A stretch of DNA of 64,000 nucleotides, taken from contig JAWLHR010000012.1 of NCBI GenBank assembly GCA_041690295.1, forward strand, positions 31,931-95,930, in the 5' to 3' direction. Positions 1 through 9,396 of this stretch are shown one piece after another. Position 1 is the first letter of the stretch; each line of letters begins with the position of its first letter. The position numbers and the translations under genes were made by a program. Source of the DNA: Bdellovibrionales bacterium. Lineage in GTDB: Bacteria; Bdellovibrionota; Bdellovibrionia; Bdellovibrionales; UBA1609. The notes under the pieces were generated by a model. It had not been told where the DNA came from. It saw only the letters and a list, made by a program, of their open reading frames with translations, and searched no databases.

Positions 1-190
1 AATCAATAGTCGGCGGCTTGGTTTTCAAAACCGGTTTCTTTACCGAGCCGCTCGGTCGGCCCAGATATCTGCGAAGCGCTTCCCGTTTTTGCTGTCTTTC
101 GGCCTGTATTTCCGCGGCCTCTGAATATGAACAAATGGTCAGACAGAATAAGACAACGAACCTTATCGCGCTGCTGCTAAAAGGTCCCAA
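1..190 (-). CDS. Partial N-terminus of a putative exported protein running off the left edge
   Basis: Manual translation from TTG at 190: MGPFSSSAIRFVVLFCLTICSYSEAAEIQAERQQKREALRRYLG..., open to position 1, with a signal-peptide-like start. Confidence 0.4.
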   Translation of the reverse strand, partial: MGPFSSSAIRFVVLFCLTICSYSEAAEIQAERQQKREALRRYLGRPSGSVKKPVLKTKPPTID

Positions 191-441
191 TATTCCCCCC
201 GGACGCGAAATATATAACCCGGCTTTAATCCTTTGAGTCAATGCAAATTGGGGTCGGCGCAGCGCGCCCGTTAACCCTCTTTGGGCTTGCGAAAATCCTC
301 CGTTACCACCCGCTTCAGTTCATCATACTTGATGGGTTTTGCCAAAAAAGCGAAGATGTGCCGATTCAAACACTCGCCTTGGCTCCTGATCGCAACGATT
401 CCCCAAATCGGCGAAAATGGCCGCTCAAGAATTCTTGACGA

Positions 442-1485
442 TTAAATCTCCCAGCTCAGAAGAGCGCGCGCCACAAGCTCATCCCGAACAACCTCGTCCT
501 GGACCTCTTTGATCGCTTCCCCGCGAATGAGAAAGGGTTCGGCGATTTTGAAGTCCACATAGGACAAGCGGGACACTTCGGTCGGAAGCGCGAATCGCGA
601 ATTCACGGTTCGAAGGTGGGAGTTATTTTGACTGAAGCGATGGCCCAGACCCAACCGCCACCATTCCACCCGGCCATGGAGCAACCAGGCTTGGTTGTCC
701 ACATCGGGGCCGGCCGATTGAATCTCTTGAAACCGCCAATGCTCGATCATGAATTCACCGCGAACCGGCCAATGCCGCGGTGATCGAAGCTCGAATCCAC
801 CGCCAAAGGCGCGAACAGGATCAAAATAGGCGTAGTCGTGCTCGAAATAGGTCAAGAACGCGTCATGAAATTCGGACTTGGATTTCAGGCTTAACACCCG
901 AGGCGTTTTCTCCGGCGACCCCGATCGCTCATCTTCTTCGCGCAAAACCCGTCCCGAAAAAACGCCGCCCTCTAGAAAAATCCACTCCTGATTATAGGGA
1001 CGAAAAACAGTCACCACGCCCAGATCAATGCTCTTCTCCGCGGTGAAGATTTTTTCCATGAATCCGGGATTCGACGAAAACCAATCATCACGCTCATTCA
1101 CCAATCCCACCGGCAAAAACTGCTGTCCAATCCGGGCCTCAACGTAGTTCTCCCATGGAGAATAAAGGATAAGAGCTTCTTTAACGAAAAACCTTTGCTC
1201 ACGGCCGTCCGACTCAACGGCCATCTCACCGCGAACGCCGATGGTTTTTTCAATCCGGTAATGTCCACCCAGTGCAATTTCATGCAACGAGTGACGTGTT
1301 TTCGTCTGCGGACGCTCGGAGCGACGGTCTTCCTGGGCGCGATACTCGATTTCGAATTCGATCTCATAGGGTTTTCCCGCCGCGTCTTCGGGAAGCGCCA
1401 CAACACTCGTCCCCGATTCTTGCGCCAACGCCGAAAATGCCCCCGCGAGCACCAGAGAAAAATAAAAAGCGGACCTAATGAACAT
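442..1485 (-). CDS. Putative outer-membrane beta-barrel (porin-like) protein
   Basis: Signal peptide (…AFSALA-Q), amphipathic strands, porin-like 'ARIGQQFLPVGL' segment, C-terminal LSWEI. Confidence 0.6.
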   Translation of the reverse strand: MFIRSAFYFSLVLAGAFSALAQESGTSVVALPEDAAGKPYEIEFEIEYRAQEDRRSERPQTKTRHSLHEIALGGHYRIEKTIGVRGEMAVESDGREQRFFVKEALILYSPWENYVEARIGQQFLPVGLVNERDDWFSSNPGFMEKIFTAEKSIDLGVVTVFRPYNQEWIFLEGGVFSGRVLREEDERSGSPEKTPRVLSLKSKSEFHDAFLTYFEHDYAYFDPVRAFGGGFELRSPRHWPVRGEFMIEHWRFQEIQSAGPDVDNQAWLLHGRVEWWRLGLGHRFSQNNSHLRTVNSRFALPTEVSRLSYVDFKIAEPFLIRGEAIKEVQDEVVRDELVARALLSWEI

Positions 1486-2098
1486 AAGGTGCCTCGCGAT
1501 AAGCCGTTAATAGCTGAACATCTTCGGTCTCGATGCCCCACCGGGCGCCTCGTCCATGGGATTCAAAGACCCAACCCTCGCGACGCGAGTCCATATCCGC
1601 CGTGGACTCGTTCACCGTGACTCGGGCCCGTTGCAACTCGCCTTGCAAACTTTGAACATCATTCCAAATCAGAATCCGAACTCCCGTCGAAACACCGTCG
1701 TGAACCTCAATGCGAAGTCGTAAAGTGCCGTCGGGATTCATCTGAACATTCGATAGCTCCGTCCGTGAAGGCAAAAAACCCGGTGAAGCGCACTCCACCC
1801 AAATTTCGTCCTGATCCCGCGAAACCCTGATACGTACGCCGTCGCGATACTCATATCCATTGAAGTGCGAGTGCAATGTGAACGAACTCTTATGTTTCAC
1901 AAACCGCGCGCCGATGACGAAATGCTCCCGCGAGTTCACGCCCTTTAAAAAATCAGCAAAGAGATAGCGCGAATGATCCGCCTGAATATCGATTTTCGTG
2001 TGGGCTTGAATTTCCCGCCGTTGCGCCAGCTCGAAATTTTCCTCAGCGCAGGCGCAGATCAAAAGCGCCATCACGACGACCGAAAGCTTAGCGGCCAT
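1475..2098 (-). CDS. Hypothetical lipoprotein, beta-rich
   Basis: Lipobox-like LICAC after a hydrophobic stretch; overlaps both neighbours, suggesting an operon. Confidence 0.6.
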   Translation of the reverse strand: MAAKLSVVVMALLICACAEENFELAQRREIQAHTKIDIQADHSRYLFADFLKGVNSREHFVIGARFVKHKSSFTLHSHFNGYEYRDGVRIRVSRDQDEIWVECASPGFLPSRTELSNVQMNPDGTLRLRIEVHDGVSTGVRILIWNDVQSLQGELQRARVTVNESTADMDSRREGWVFESHGRGARWGIETEDVQLLTAYREAPYVH

Positions 2099-3320
2099 TT
2101 TGCGTCACTCCACTTTGGCGCTGCAGGTAAATTTGCTCGGGTGACTGATGATTGGCGTTCAAAAGATGAATGTCTCCGAAGCGCGCCAGTTCTTTGTAAA
2201 AGAACGGATCCGCCAATCGCGCGGCCAAATGCAATGCGGAATCACCCGTTTGATCGGTGTGATTGATTCGATCCCCGAGCGCGCGAAACACCCGCCGCAT
2301 CCGCGTGTCCTGCCGGAGCAAAAAGGTAAAGGTTTCCCTGGTTTCCACATCCGTTTCCCGCACCAAGGGGTTGAGCGATTTTAGAAATGAGTGGAGTGGG
2401 AGATGGCCATTGTTATCGGCCAGATCGTAATCAAGCCACTCGCAGTGAGTCAGCGCTCTCACCGCCGCGAACCTGCGGTTTTCGAGCGCGAGATGCAAGG
2501 CCGTTTTGCCCTCATCATCGCGCCGGTTGAAGAGGAGATCCACGGGGGATTCCAGATCACCGATGTAAGTTTGAAATCCGCGCAAGAGGCGATTCAAGAG
2601 CCATCCCGGATAAGATTTCCACCAACTGTCGCTTGTTTCCCACGAACCGGGTCGGCAAATCCGCTCCGCGCTCCACAAGATCACTTCCGAGCGGCCATCA
2701 AGGGCCGCGGCATGCAAATAAGTTCGGTGAAGATGATCTTCTTTGAGCGCGAACCCCCAAAACGGGAGTTCCACCAATCCCCGATAGTATTGCGCTTCCA
2801 GCGCTTCAATCACCTGGCCGTTGGCGGCGACGAACAAAGCGGTGCGCCCCAATTCATCCGGTTGATCAAGATCGCTGAATTCAAAATCATCCAGGAAACC
2901 CAGGGACTGATAGTGCAAGTCGCCGAGCCGGGTAATCATCGCGTGCAGGCCCGAGCGGGACGCGAGATAAACATAACTCTCGCCTTTCGCGTTTTTGTGA
3001 AACAGGTCCTGAGGGGTCAGGTGTTCAAGCAAAACGGCGGCGGCTTCATGATGGGCCTGGGCCAAGGCGAAGCCGAATGGAGTATCCCCGTAAGCATTTT
3101 TCGTGTGCAGGAGCTCGGTGCTGGTTTTGAGGATCGAACGGATGGTTTCCGGGGAGTTGTCATAGACGGCATCGAACAAAGCGTTAGGTATGAGTTTCGC
3201 CCGTTCTTCCGGAGCGATCTCCATTTTACGATTGGTTTGGACATTTCCGCCAAAGTCTTCCCGCCCCGGGGCGCAGGCGACCAAACCTATCAGAACGATA
3301 AGAAAGCATGAAAGGCGCAT
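2088..3320 (-). CDS. Ankyrin-repeat lipoprotein
   Basis: Lipobox LVAC; repeats GDTPFGFA, GRTALFVA, RTYLHAAA, GKTALHLA, GHLPLH, GDSALHLA. Confidence 0.85.
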   Translation of the reverse strand: MRLSCFLIVLIGLVACAPGREDFGGNVQTNRKMEIAPEERAKLIPNALFDAVYDNSPETIRSILKTSTELLHTKNAYGDTPFGFALAQAHHEAAAVLLEHLTPQDLFHKNAKGESYVYLASRSGLHAMITRLGDLHYQSLGFLDDFEFSDLDQPDELGRTALFVAANGQVIEALEAQYYRGLVELPFWGFALKEDHLHRTYLHAAALDGRSEVILWSAERICRPGSWETSDSWWKSYPGWLLNRLLRGFQTYIGDLESPVDLLFNRRDDEGKTALHLALENRRFAAVRALTHCEWLDYDLADNNGHLPLHSFLKSLNPLVRETDVETRETFTFLLRQDTRMRRVFRALGDRINHTDQTGDSALHLAARLADPFFYKELARFGDIHLLNANHQSPEQIYLQRQSGVTQNGR

Positions 3321-3498
3321 ATTTCCTCACTGGAGAGGCTTTTCCACGTACTCGCGCCGACCGTCTCTGTCCAGTCCGGACAGCAAACGAAACCATAGTG
3401 AAAGCAAAAATTTCACTCTCTTCTCTGGTTCTCAATTGAAATGCAAGAACCGACTTCGATTTACAGAACTAGGCTTTTCAGTTTAGGAATGCTGGCAA

Positions 3499-5127
3499 AT
3501 GAAAAAATGGATTCTTTCCCTGACCCTAGGCCTTGCCTGCGCCTCGGCCTCAGCCCACGGGCCGAATGACATGGACATCGAACCGTTTATCGCGGTGATG
3601 TCCGACATCGCGGACCTGACTCCGGAAATCGTGACGACATCGGGAGCCTCGCAGGCCACCATCAAAGTGGCGGGCCATCACCTGGCGCTCAACGGTCCGT
3701 TCTGGCAATTGGTGAGGGGTTGGATTCGCGTGTATTACCATCAGCTCCAAGAGGACTGTGACCATTGTCTTCCAGGGGATGAACATCAATTCGAACAATC
3801 CGCGGAAGATCATATCGCGCGAACCTTTTTTGAATTGAAAGTGAACTCGCCACTCAGGGAAAGTATCGAGCATATCGCCGTGGGAACGGCGGATATCGGC
3901 GCCCGTCTCGGCCCGACCGCGCTTGTTTCCAAGGTGAGCAGCGAAGTGGCCGAAACGGTTTTATCCAAAATGGTGGGCGGCGGCGGCGTCCATATCGTTT
4001 GCAATCTGATCGATGCGGCCATCATCTTCGGAACCCGTCACATCCAATCCGCCTGGCGGTCGTTCGCCTGGGCTCCACGCCTCGGCTCCTCCGGACTCAC
4101 CACCCTGATCCGACACGGTTTTGTCTCATCCAGCGCGGCTCGGGCGTTTAAACGTGTGCAATTCGTCGCCGTCGCCGACGGTCTTAACGAAGAGGCGCTT
4201 CGCGAAGTGGATCTTGAGGGACCGAATCGTTGGTGGGGTTACGCTCGCGAGGGCAAACGGGCCCAGTGGGTGCGGAAATTTCTGCGCAACGGCTCGGCCC
4301 GAGTTTCAAAGCGGGAGTATCTTGGCGGCCGCATGAAGCGGTATTTGCTTTTAAAAGGCCGAAAGCGCGGTCACTCACAATACATGCGCGGCAACAACCC
4401 TATGGATCAGGTTTTGACCGGGAATGTGCTTTGGATTCTGGCGGTCCAGGAAAACATTCTGGAGCGCAGTCTGCGTGCGGGCGTTGATTCCAATGAGCTG
4501 CCGACCATGGCCTCAAAGTTCGGTAGTGACACCGACGAAATTCGCCAAGGGTTGGCCGAAGAATTCGCCCGCGGTCACACTGAAAAAGCCCGTCTGATGG
4601 ACGGGCTCATGAAGGAAGTCGAGGTTATTTTTAATCCTGAAGCCCCCAGCCGACTCCGCTATGCCCAGGTCGCGATCCTGGAATCCGTATTAACCGGTTT
4701 TGTTTACGGCACATTCGGCAACATCCTGAATGAAAAAGGCGAACTGCATGGCAATTCCTGGTCAGGCATCGGGCGCCAGTTCCGTTTGCGCTGGAAAACC
4801 GGCCGATTCGCTTCTTATATTTACGAATGGGCGGACTTCCTCAGGGTCGCGGCTTTGCAAAAGGACCCTGACAAGCTCTATCGGCACAAATACGAAATGA
4901 TGGAAGTGCTCTCCCGGTTATTCGAGCACTTTGGTGAGACTCAATCGCTTATGACGGCGAACTCACGAAATGACTTGGAAGTATTCGAGCGCGAGTTCGC
5001 CGTCCGTGAAAAGCGATTGCGCTCGTTCAAGCCCTGGCGTGAAAAACGAATCGCCTATTCCTGGATCCCCTTCCGTCGGCCCATGCCCATGTGTCGCGAC
5101 ATGAACGCCGCAGTGGAGGCCCCATGA
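3499..5127 (+). CDS. Hypothetical secreted protein (542 aa)
   Basis: Signal peptide MKKWILSLTLGLACASASA; long ORF; no family recognised. Confidence 0.7.
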   Translation: MKKWILSLTLGLACASASAHGPNDMDIEPFIAVMSDIADLTPEIVTTSGASQATIKVAGHHLALNGPFWQLVRGWIRVYYHQLQEDCDHCLPGDEHQFEQSAEDHIARTFFELKVNSPLRESIEHIAVGTADIGARLGPTALVSKVSSEVAETVLSKMVGGGGVHIVCNLIDAAIIFGTRHIQSAWRSFAWAPRLGSSGLTTLIRHGFVSSSAARAFKRVQFVAVADGLNEEALREVDLEGPNRWWGYAREGKRAQWVRKFLRNGSARVSKREYLGGRMKRYLLLKGRKRGHSQYMRGNNPMDQVLTGNVLWILAVQENILERSLRAGVDSNELPTMASKFGSDTDEIRQGLAEEFARGHTEKARLMDGLMKEVEVIFNPEAPSRLRYAQVAILESVLTGFVYGTFGNILNEKGELHGNSWSGIGRQFRLRWKTGRFASYIYEWADFLRVAALQKDPDKLYRHKYEMMEVLSRLFEHFGETQSLMTANSRNDLEVFEREFAVREKRLRSFKPWREKRIAYSWIPFRRPMPMCRDMNAAVEAP

Positions 5128-5540
5128 AGACGTTTCTCGCCTGGCTCGCCGTGATCGGAATTGGAAATCCGGTTTGCGAACTTCACCTGGACCCGACCTA
5201 CCTGAATCTCAAAAGTCTTTATGAGCAAAAACAAAATCATCCGCTGTGGACGCTTTGGGATCAAGCGCGGGCGAATCTCCCGCACCTCAGGGAACTCGGC
5301 CAGGAGAACGCTTATTTTCGTAAAATTGCCGATGCCGCCCAGGCCGCCATCACCAAGCACCATTTGGAATTCGCCCGCGAACCCCACTGGGATGAGCTTG
5401 ATCTCGCCCGGCACGTGGCGATTCTTCGAAGCATCGCCGAGTTCGATCGATCCCGGGCTAAATTCTCCGCCTACAAGATCAAGCGGGCGATTGAAGGCCG
5501 GCATTCCATCAACGAATACATCGACTGCAAATCGCATTAA
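5124..5540 (+). CDS. Hypothetical exported helical protein
   Basis: ATGA overlap with the upstream stop and GGAGG RBS; hydrophobic leader MKTFLAWLAVIGIG. Confidence 0.6.
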   Translation: MKTFLAWLAVIGIGNPVCELHLDPTYLNLKSLYEQKQNHPLWTLWDQARANLPHLRELGQENAYFRKIADAAQAAITKHHLEFAREPHWDELDLARHVAILRSIAEFDRSRAKFSAYKIKRAIEGRHSINEYIDCKSH

Positions 5541-6049
5541 AACAGATATTGAAACGAAATCCCAGTGGCTAAAAGGTACTCCACGTTGTCGTCGCGGTTG
5601 TTCACAAACGCGACCACACCGGTATCAATCATGACCATCTTAAATAAAACACGAAAATGCCGCCGAGCCGGGTAAATCGCCGTCGCCAATTCAATGCCCA
5701 CGCGCAGTTTGGTTTCTTCATAATAATCACGGCTGGGGTATTTGCCCGGTGAAACTAAAAAATAATCGTCGTCCAAGGCATAAAACGTGAATAGACCAAT
5801 CGCGAGCGGCCGCCAGGCGAAGGGGCTCCAATCCAGGTGAAATGGTGAATATCGGTAACCGAGATTCACCTGCCAGCGCGTTTGATCGCCGAAGGGATAT
5901 TGTCCCAAGCCGAACTCAACGTCGTGGGCCCCGGAAAATTCATAAATGGCGGAAGCTGAAGTGCGACCTTGAAAGGCTCCCGTGGAAACGCTCACACCCC
6001 AATTCCCATGGGCAAACGAACCGAATAAAAAAAGAATCGCGGCGATCAT
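5537..6049 (-). CDS. Small outer-membrane beta-barrel protein
   Basis: Signal peptide, amphipathic strands, C-terminal ISFQYLF beta-signal. Confidence 0.65.
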   Translation of the reverse strand: MIAAILFLFGSFAHGNWGVSVSTGAFQGRTSASAIYEFSGAHDVEFGLGQYPFGDQTRWQVNLGYRYSPFHLDWSPFAWRPLAIGLFTFYALDDDYFLVSPGKYPSRDYYEETKLRVGIELATAIYPARRHFRVLFKMVMIDTGVVAFVNNRDDNVEYLLATGISFQYLF

Positions 6050-6840
6050 TTGAACACAACCTTCTTGGTTTCACCACTCTTGTTATAGGTGATGTAAAAT
6101 CCGTCCGCCTTGATCTCCAACAAAACCCACTGAACTTTTTCCGTGCGAGGCACTTGCAGTAATCGGGTACCGGTTTCGCGAAGCCAAAAAACATGCTGGT
6201 GTCCACTGACCGCCAGCTGAACATTGGCATGATCAAGAATGGTTTGATAGGCATTGCCGAAACGTTCACCGTCCCACAACGCCACATGGGAAAAGATGAT
6301 CACGTTCTTTAAGGAAGCGTTGATGGTTTGTTCCAGCCATTCAGGGCTGAAATTTTTGGGATCTTCAAGATTGGCGGAATGCCAGAAAATGTAGCGCCAA
6401 TTATTGGACTCGAAATAAAAATTCGTCGCTCCAAAGGCTTTGCCGAACAACTTGCTCCCCGCGCCGATGGCGTCGTGATTGCCGATCACGGAAAGCGCGG
6501 GAAAGGCTAAATTTTTGTAAGCGGCCAGAAATTGGTCGTATTCAAAATTATATCCGCTATTGGTGAAATCGCCGAGATTCACCACGAAATCCACGCCCGA
6601 GGTGGAGTTGATCTCTTTGATCGCCCGGTCCAGATCTTTGTAGTTGCCATGGGAATCAGCGAATAAAGCGATTCGCACGACTCCATCGCTTTCCACATTG
6701 GCGATCCGGATTAAGTTGGATCCGTTCAAGTCCCTCTCAGAGCGCGCCAGACGGTCGGAAAACGGTGAATCACGAAACGGCGGGCAACCAAGTAGAAAAA
6801 TAATTAAAAAGCCCACAGAGGCTGTACGCAATAAGTGCAC
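6046..6840 (-). CDS. Calcineurin-like metallophosphoesterase (lipoprotein)
   Basis: ADSHG, GDFT, GNHD, SH and GHQH motifs; LLGC lipobox. Confidence 0.9.
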   Translation of the reverse strand: MHLLRTASVGFLIIFLLGCPPFRDSPFSDRLARSERDLNGSNLIRIANVESDGVVRIALFADSHGNYKDLDRAIKEINSTSGVDFVVNLGDFTNSGYNFEYDQFLAAYKNLAFPALSVIGNHDAIGAGSKLFGKAFGATNFYFESNNWRYIFWHSANLEDPKNFSPEWLEQTINASLKNVIIFSHVALWDGERFGNAYQTILDHANVQLAVSGHQHVFWLRETGTRLLQVPRTEKVQWVLLEIKADGFYITYNKSGETKKVVFK

Positions 6841-6942
6841 GGTTCTCCCCTAAGATGCGAATCTATGCGCACGCAAATTCATTTAATTCGAATCACTTGA
6901 AATAGTCACTAACTTATATGGCCGGTTGGCCGATAGCTTGGC

Positions 6943-8277
6943 TTAAAGACCAATCGCAACAGGAGCGACTTTGTCTTGCGTCGTATTGTCGCCGATTTGT
7001 CCCGCGTTATTGTCACCCCAACAAAGGACACGGTTTTGATTGGTGTACCCACAGGTGTGCGACAGGCGGTACAGTGTGCTGCCGTTTTGCCCGCCGGCCG
7101 CGACGTGAATGAATTGTTCTCCGGTTTGTAAAAGCACGACCACGGGATTCGGCGGCGGTGATCGCAAAGTGTTGCCCCGGTTATTTTGTCCGAGCTGCCC
7201 GGTCTCGTTGGAGCCCCAACAATAAAGTCCGGTGTCTTTGATGGCGCAAACGTGAGTGAAATTCGCCGATAGGTGTGTGGTCTTTTGCTCAAAACCCGGC
7301 ACGGCTCGAGGAGTCGTGATGGACGTTGCCGTGCTGTTAACTCCCACCTGGCCAAACTGATTGTAGCCCCAGCAGTAAAGGGAACCGTTGCTCTTTCGCG
7401 CGCACGTCGTTCGATCGGACGCGGCCACCGCGACCGTGTCCGATTCAAATCCCATCACCGGGTTCAATTGAACGGCGGTGGGATTGCGTCCAGCGGTCGT
7501 GGTCGTGTTCCCTAAGCCCAACTGTCCGTTGCTGTTATTTCCCCAACAATAAAGGGCGCCGCCCTTGATCGCGCAGGTGTGCTGATTGCCGGCGGCCACC
7601 GCGGTCACGCCATCGAAATTCGGAACTTTATACGGGACTTGTTGTGGGGCCGCGGACGCCAAACCGGATTGGCCCACATTGGATGTTCCCCAACAGTAAA
7701 GCGATCCATCTTTGATGGCACAGGTGTGATCCCGACCGGCGGAAACCGCGGTCACACCCGCATTCATATTGAACACCGCTTGCGGAAAGGCGGCATTGGC
7801 CGTCGTTCCCGTGCCCAGCCGGTAAGAGGCGCCGGTTCCCCAACAATAAAGGGCCCCGCCCTTGATCGCGCAGGTGTGCGATTCACCCGCGGCCACCGCT
7901 TGAACTCCTGTTTCCATTCCCGATACCGCCGTGGGAATGGTTCGCGAGGACGTGTTGCCCGTACCTAATTTTCCATTGGTATTGTTGCCCCAGCAAAACA
8001 AAGCGCCATTCTTGATCGCACAGGTGTGTGTCAGGCCCGCGGTGAGCGGACCGGAGTTAGAACTTTTCTGATAATCCGTGAGTGGGTCCGATGGCATGGG
8101 AGGAGGCATCGGCTGAGGAGTCGGCATTGGCGCCGGCTCCGGAGTCGGTTCCGGAAGAGGTTCAGGTGATTGACTGGATGAATTCTGAAGACCGGTCGGC
8201 GCATCGAGATCCGCACAATTTTGAAAGAATAGAACCAAAACGATGGCGAGCGAAACCCCGATTAGCCAGCGGTTCAT
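6943..8277 (-). CDS. RCC1-like seven-bladed beta-propeller lipoprotein with Pro-rich linker
   Basis: Seven HTCAIKxGxLYCWG-type repeats with GQLG segments; FFQNC leader; PEPxPxP linker. Confidence 0.9.
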   Translation of the reverse strand: MNRWLIGVSLAIVLVLFFQNCADLDAPTGLQNSSSQSPEPLPEPTPEPAPMPTPQPMPPPMPSDPLTDYQKSSNSGPLTAGLTHTCAIKNGALFCWGNNTNGKLGTGNTSSRTIPTAVSGMETGVQAVAAGESHTCAIKGGALYCWGTGASYRLGTGTTANAAFPQAVFNMNAGVTAVSAGRDHTCAIKDGSLYCWGTSNVGQSGLASAAPQQVPYKVPNFDGVTAVAAGNQHTCAIKGGALYCWGNNSNGQLGLGNTTTTAGRNPTAVQLNPVMGFESDTVAVAASDRTTCARKSNGSLYCWGYNQFGQVGVNSTATSITTPRAVPGFEQKTTHLSANFTHVCAIKDTGLYCWGSNETGQLGQNNRGNTLRSPPPNPVVVLLQTGEQFIHVAAGGQNGSTLYRLSHTCGYTNQNRVLCWGDNNAGQIGDNTTQDKVAPVAIGL

Positions 8278-8329
8278 AATACCCCTTTTAAAATCCCCTC
8301 TTAGACGTCATTTAATTTAATCATGTTCC

Positions 8330-8364
8330 GTCTCAAATGACGACCCTTGATCCCAATCTGAGAC
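8330..8364. promoter_or_regulatory. Two tandem degenerate GTCTCA-N3-TGAGAC sites between divergent lipoprotein genes
   Basis: GTCTCAAATGACGAC (8330-8344) and ATCCCAATCTGAGAC (8350-8364). Confidence 0.4.
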
Positions 8365-8507
8365 ACTAACTCTTAGGCGATTTATAAAGTTCGACAGTCG
8401 CTGGTCTCCTGACAGGTGTTAGAATCCTATTCTTTTTCGAAAAAATCTTCCGGGCAAGGGTATGCCAGTTGCAATAGTTGGTGGTAAGCTTTAAGGGCGG
8501 GGTGTAC

Positions 8508-9329
8508 ATGGGGAAATTCGGAATCAAGCAACTGAGCATATTAGCCGGTTTGTTCGCACTCATTGTCTCATTTCAAAACTGCGCGGAACAGAAGTTTTCC
8601 ACAACCGGGGTGAGCGGCGGCTCATCGGTGACGTTCGGTAATAGTGATGACGACGCCTACGGCGTTGTCACTCAAACCAACGGCCCGAACTGCCGTAGCG
8701 TCCTTAGAAATTCCACGGCCCCGATCAAAATGATCTTCACGGTCGACGTTTCGGGATCCAATCGCTCAGGACAGAGCGGAACTCCGGCCACGGACCCGCA
8801 AAAAGCCGTCCGCGGGGATTCCATCCGCCGCTTCTATAATTCCTATGCGACAAAAACCAATTTCGCTTGGAGTTTCATCACCTTCGCCGGAACTCAGGCG
8901 AAAAGCCTGCTCAAACTGGGTAATTCTCAGGCCATGAGCAGCACGATCGATGATTTCTTCAATATCACGGATAACGGGAATACGCCTTATCTTCCGGCGC
9001 TGAATGAAACTTCAGCGATCATTAACGGCGACACCAGCCGCACCGCGGACACCAAGTATGTGGTGGTGTTCTTCTCCGATGGTATGCCGAATCCGACCGT
9101 GGCCGTGCAAACGCTGACTCAAAATGTGACGAATATTATTAATCTCGTTCCTGGCCGAGTTTCATTCAATACCGTTTATTACGGACAGTACAACGCGGAT
9201 GCGGCCGGACGCTTGCAGGCCATGGCCCAAGCTGGTGGCGGAAACTTCTTGGATACGAATGCCAATCCCACCGGCAACGCCTTCTTGATCAGCGATCTCG
9301 TGGTCGTGCCGGGCGAAGTTTGCCAATAA
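8508..9329 (+). CDS. von Willebrand factor A domain lipoprotein
   Basis: MIDAS motif DVSGS, NTP and FFSDG; SFQNC leader; ATG at 8508 preferred over the ORF-track start at 8478. Confidence 0.85.
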   Translation: MGKFGIKQLSILAGLFALIVSFQNCAEQKFSTTGVSGGSSVTFGNSDDDAYGVVTQTNGPNCRSVLRNSTAPIKMIFTVDVSGSNRSGQSGTPATDPQKAVRGDSIRRFYNSYATKTNFAWSFITFAGTQAKSLLKLGNSQAMSSTIDDFFNITDNGNTPYLPALNETSAIINGDTSRTADTKYVVVFFSDGMPNPTVAVQTLTQNVTNIINLVPGRVSFNTVYYGQYNADAAGRLQAMAQAGGGNFLDTNANPTGNAFLISDLVVVPGEVCQ

Positions 9330-9396
9330 CTTCACCCATCGCTTAACTATCTGAGTCAAATATAGACCCACATCAAAAATTTTCTGGAAATAAGGC

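Noticed and set aside
2391..3311. 306-aa plus-strand ORF
   Set aside because: Antisense to the ankyrin lipoprotein gene; no recognisable features.
3429..3443. TTCTCAATTGAAATG as another copy of the palindromic motif
   Set aside because: Only one half-site matches; too degenerate to support.
7540..8040. Near-identical ~30-bp DNA repeats that could suggest a CRISPR array or a diversity-generating cassette
   Set aside because: They are the in-frame RCC1 blade codons (HTCAIKGGALYCWG) at ~150-bp periodicity; no cas or reverse transcriptase gene is present.
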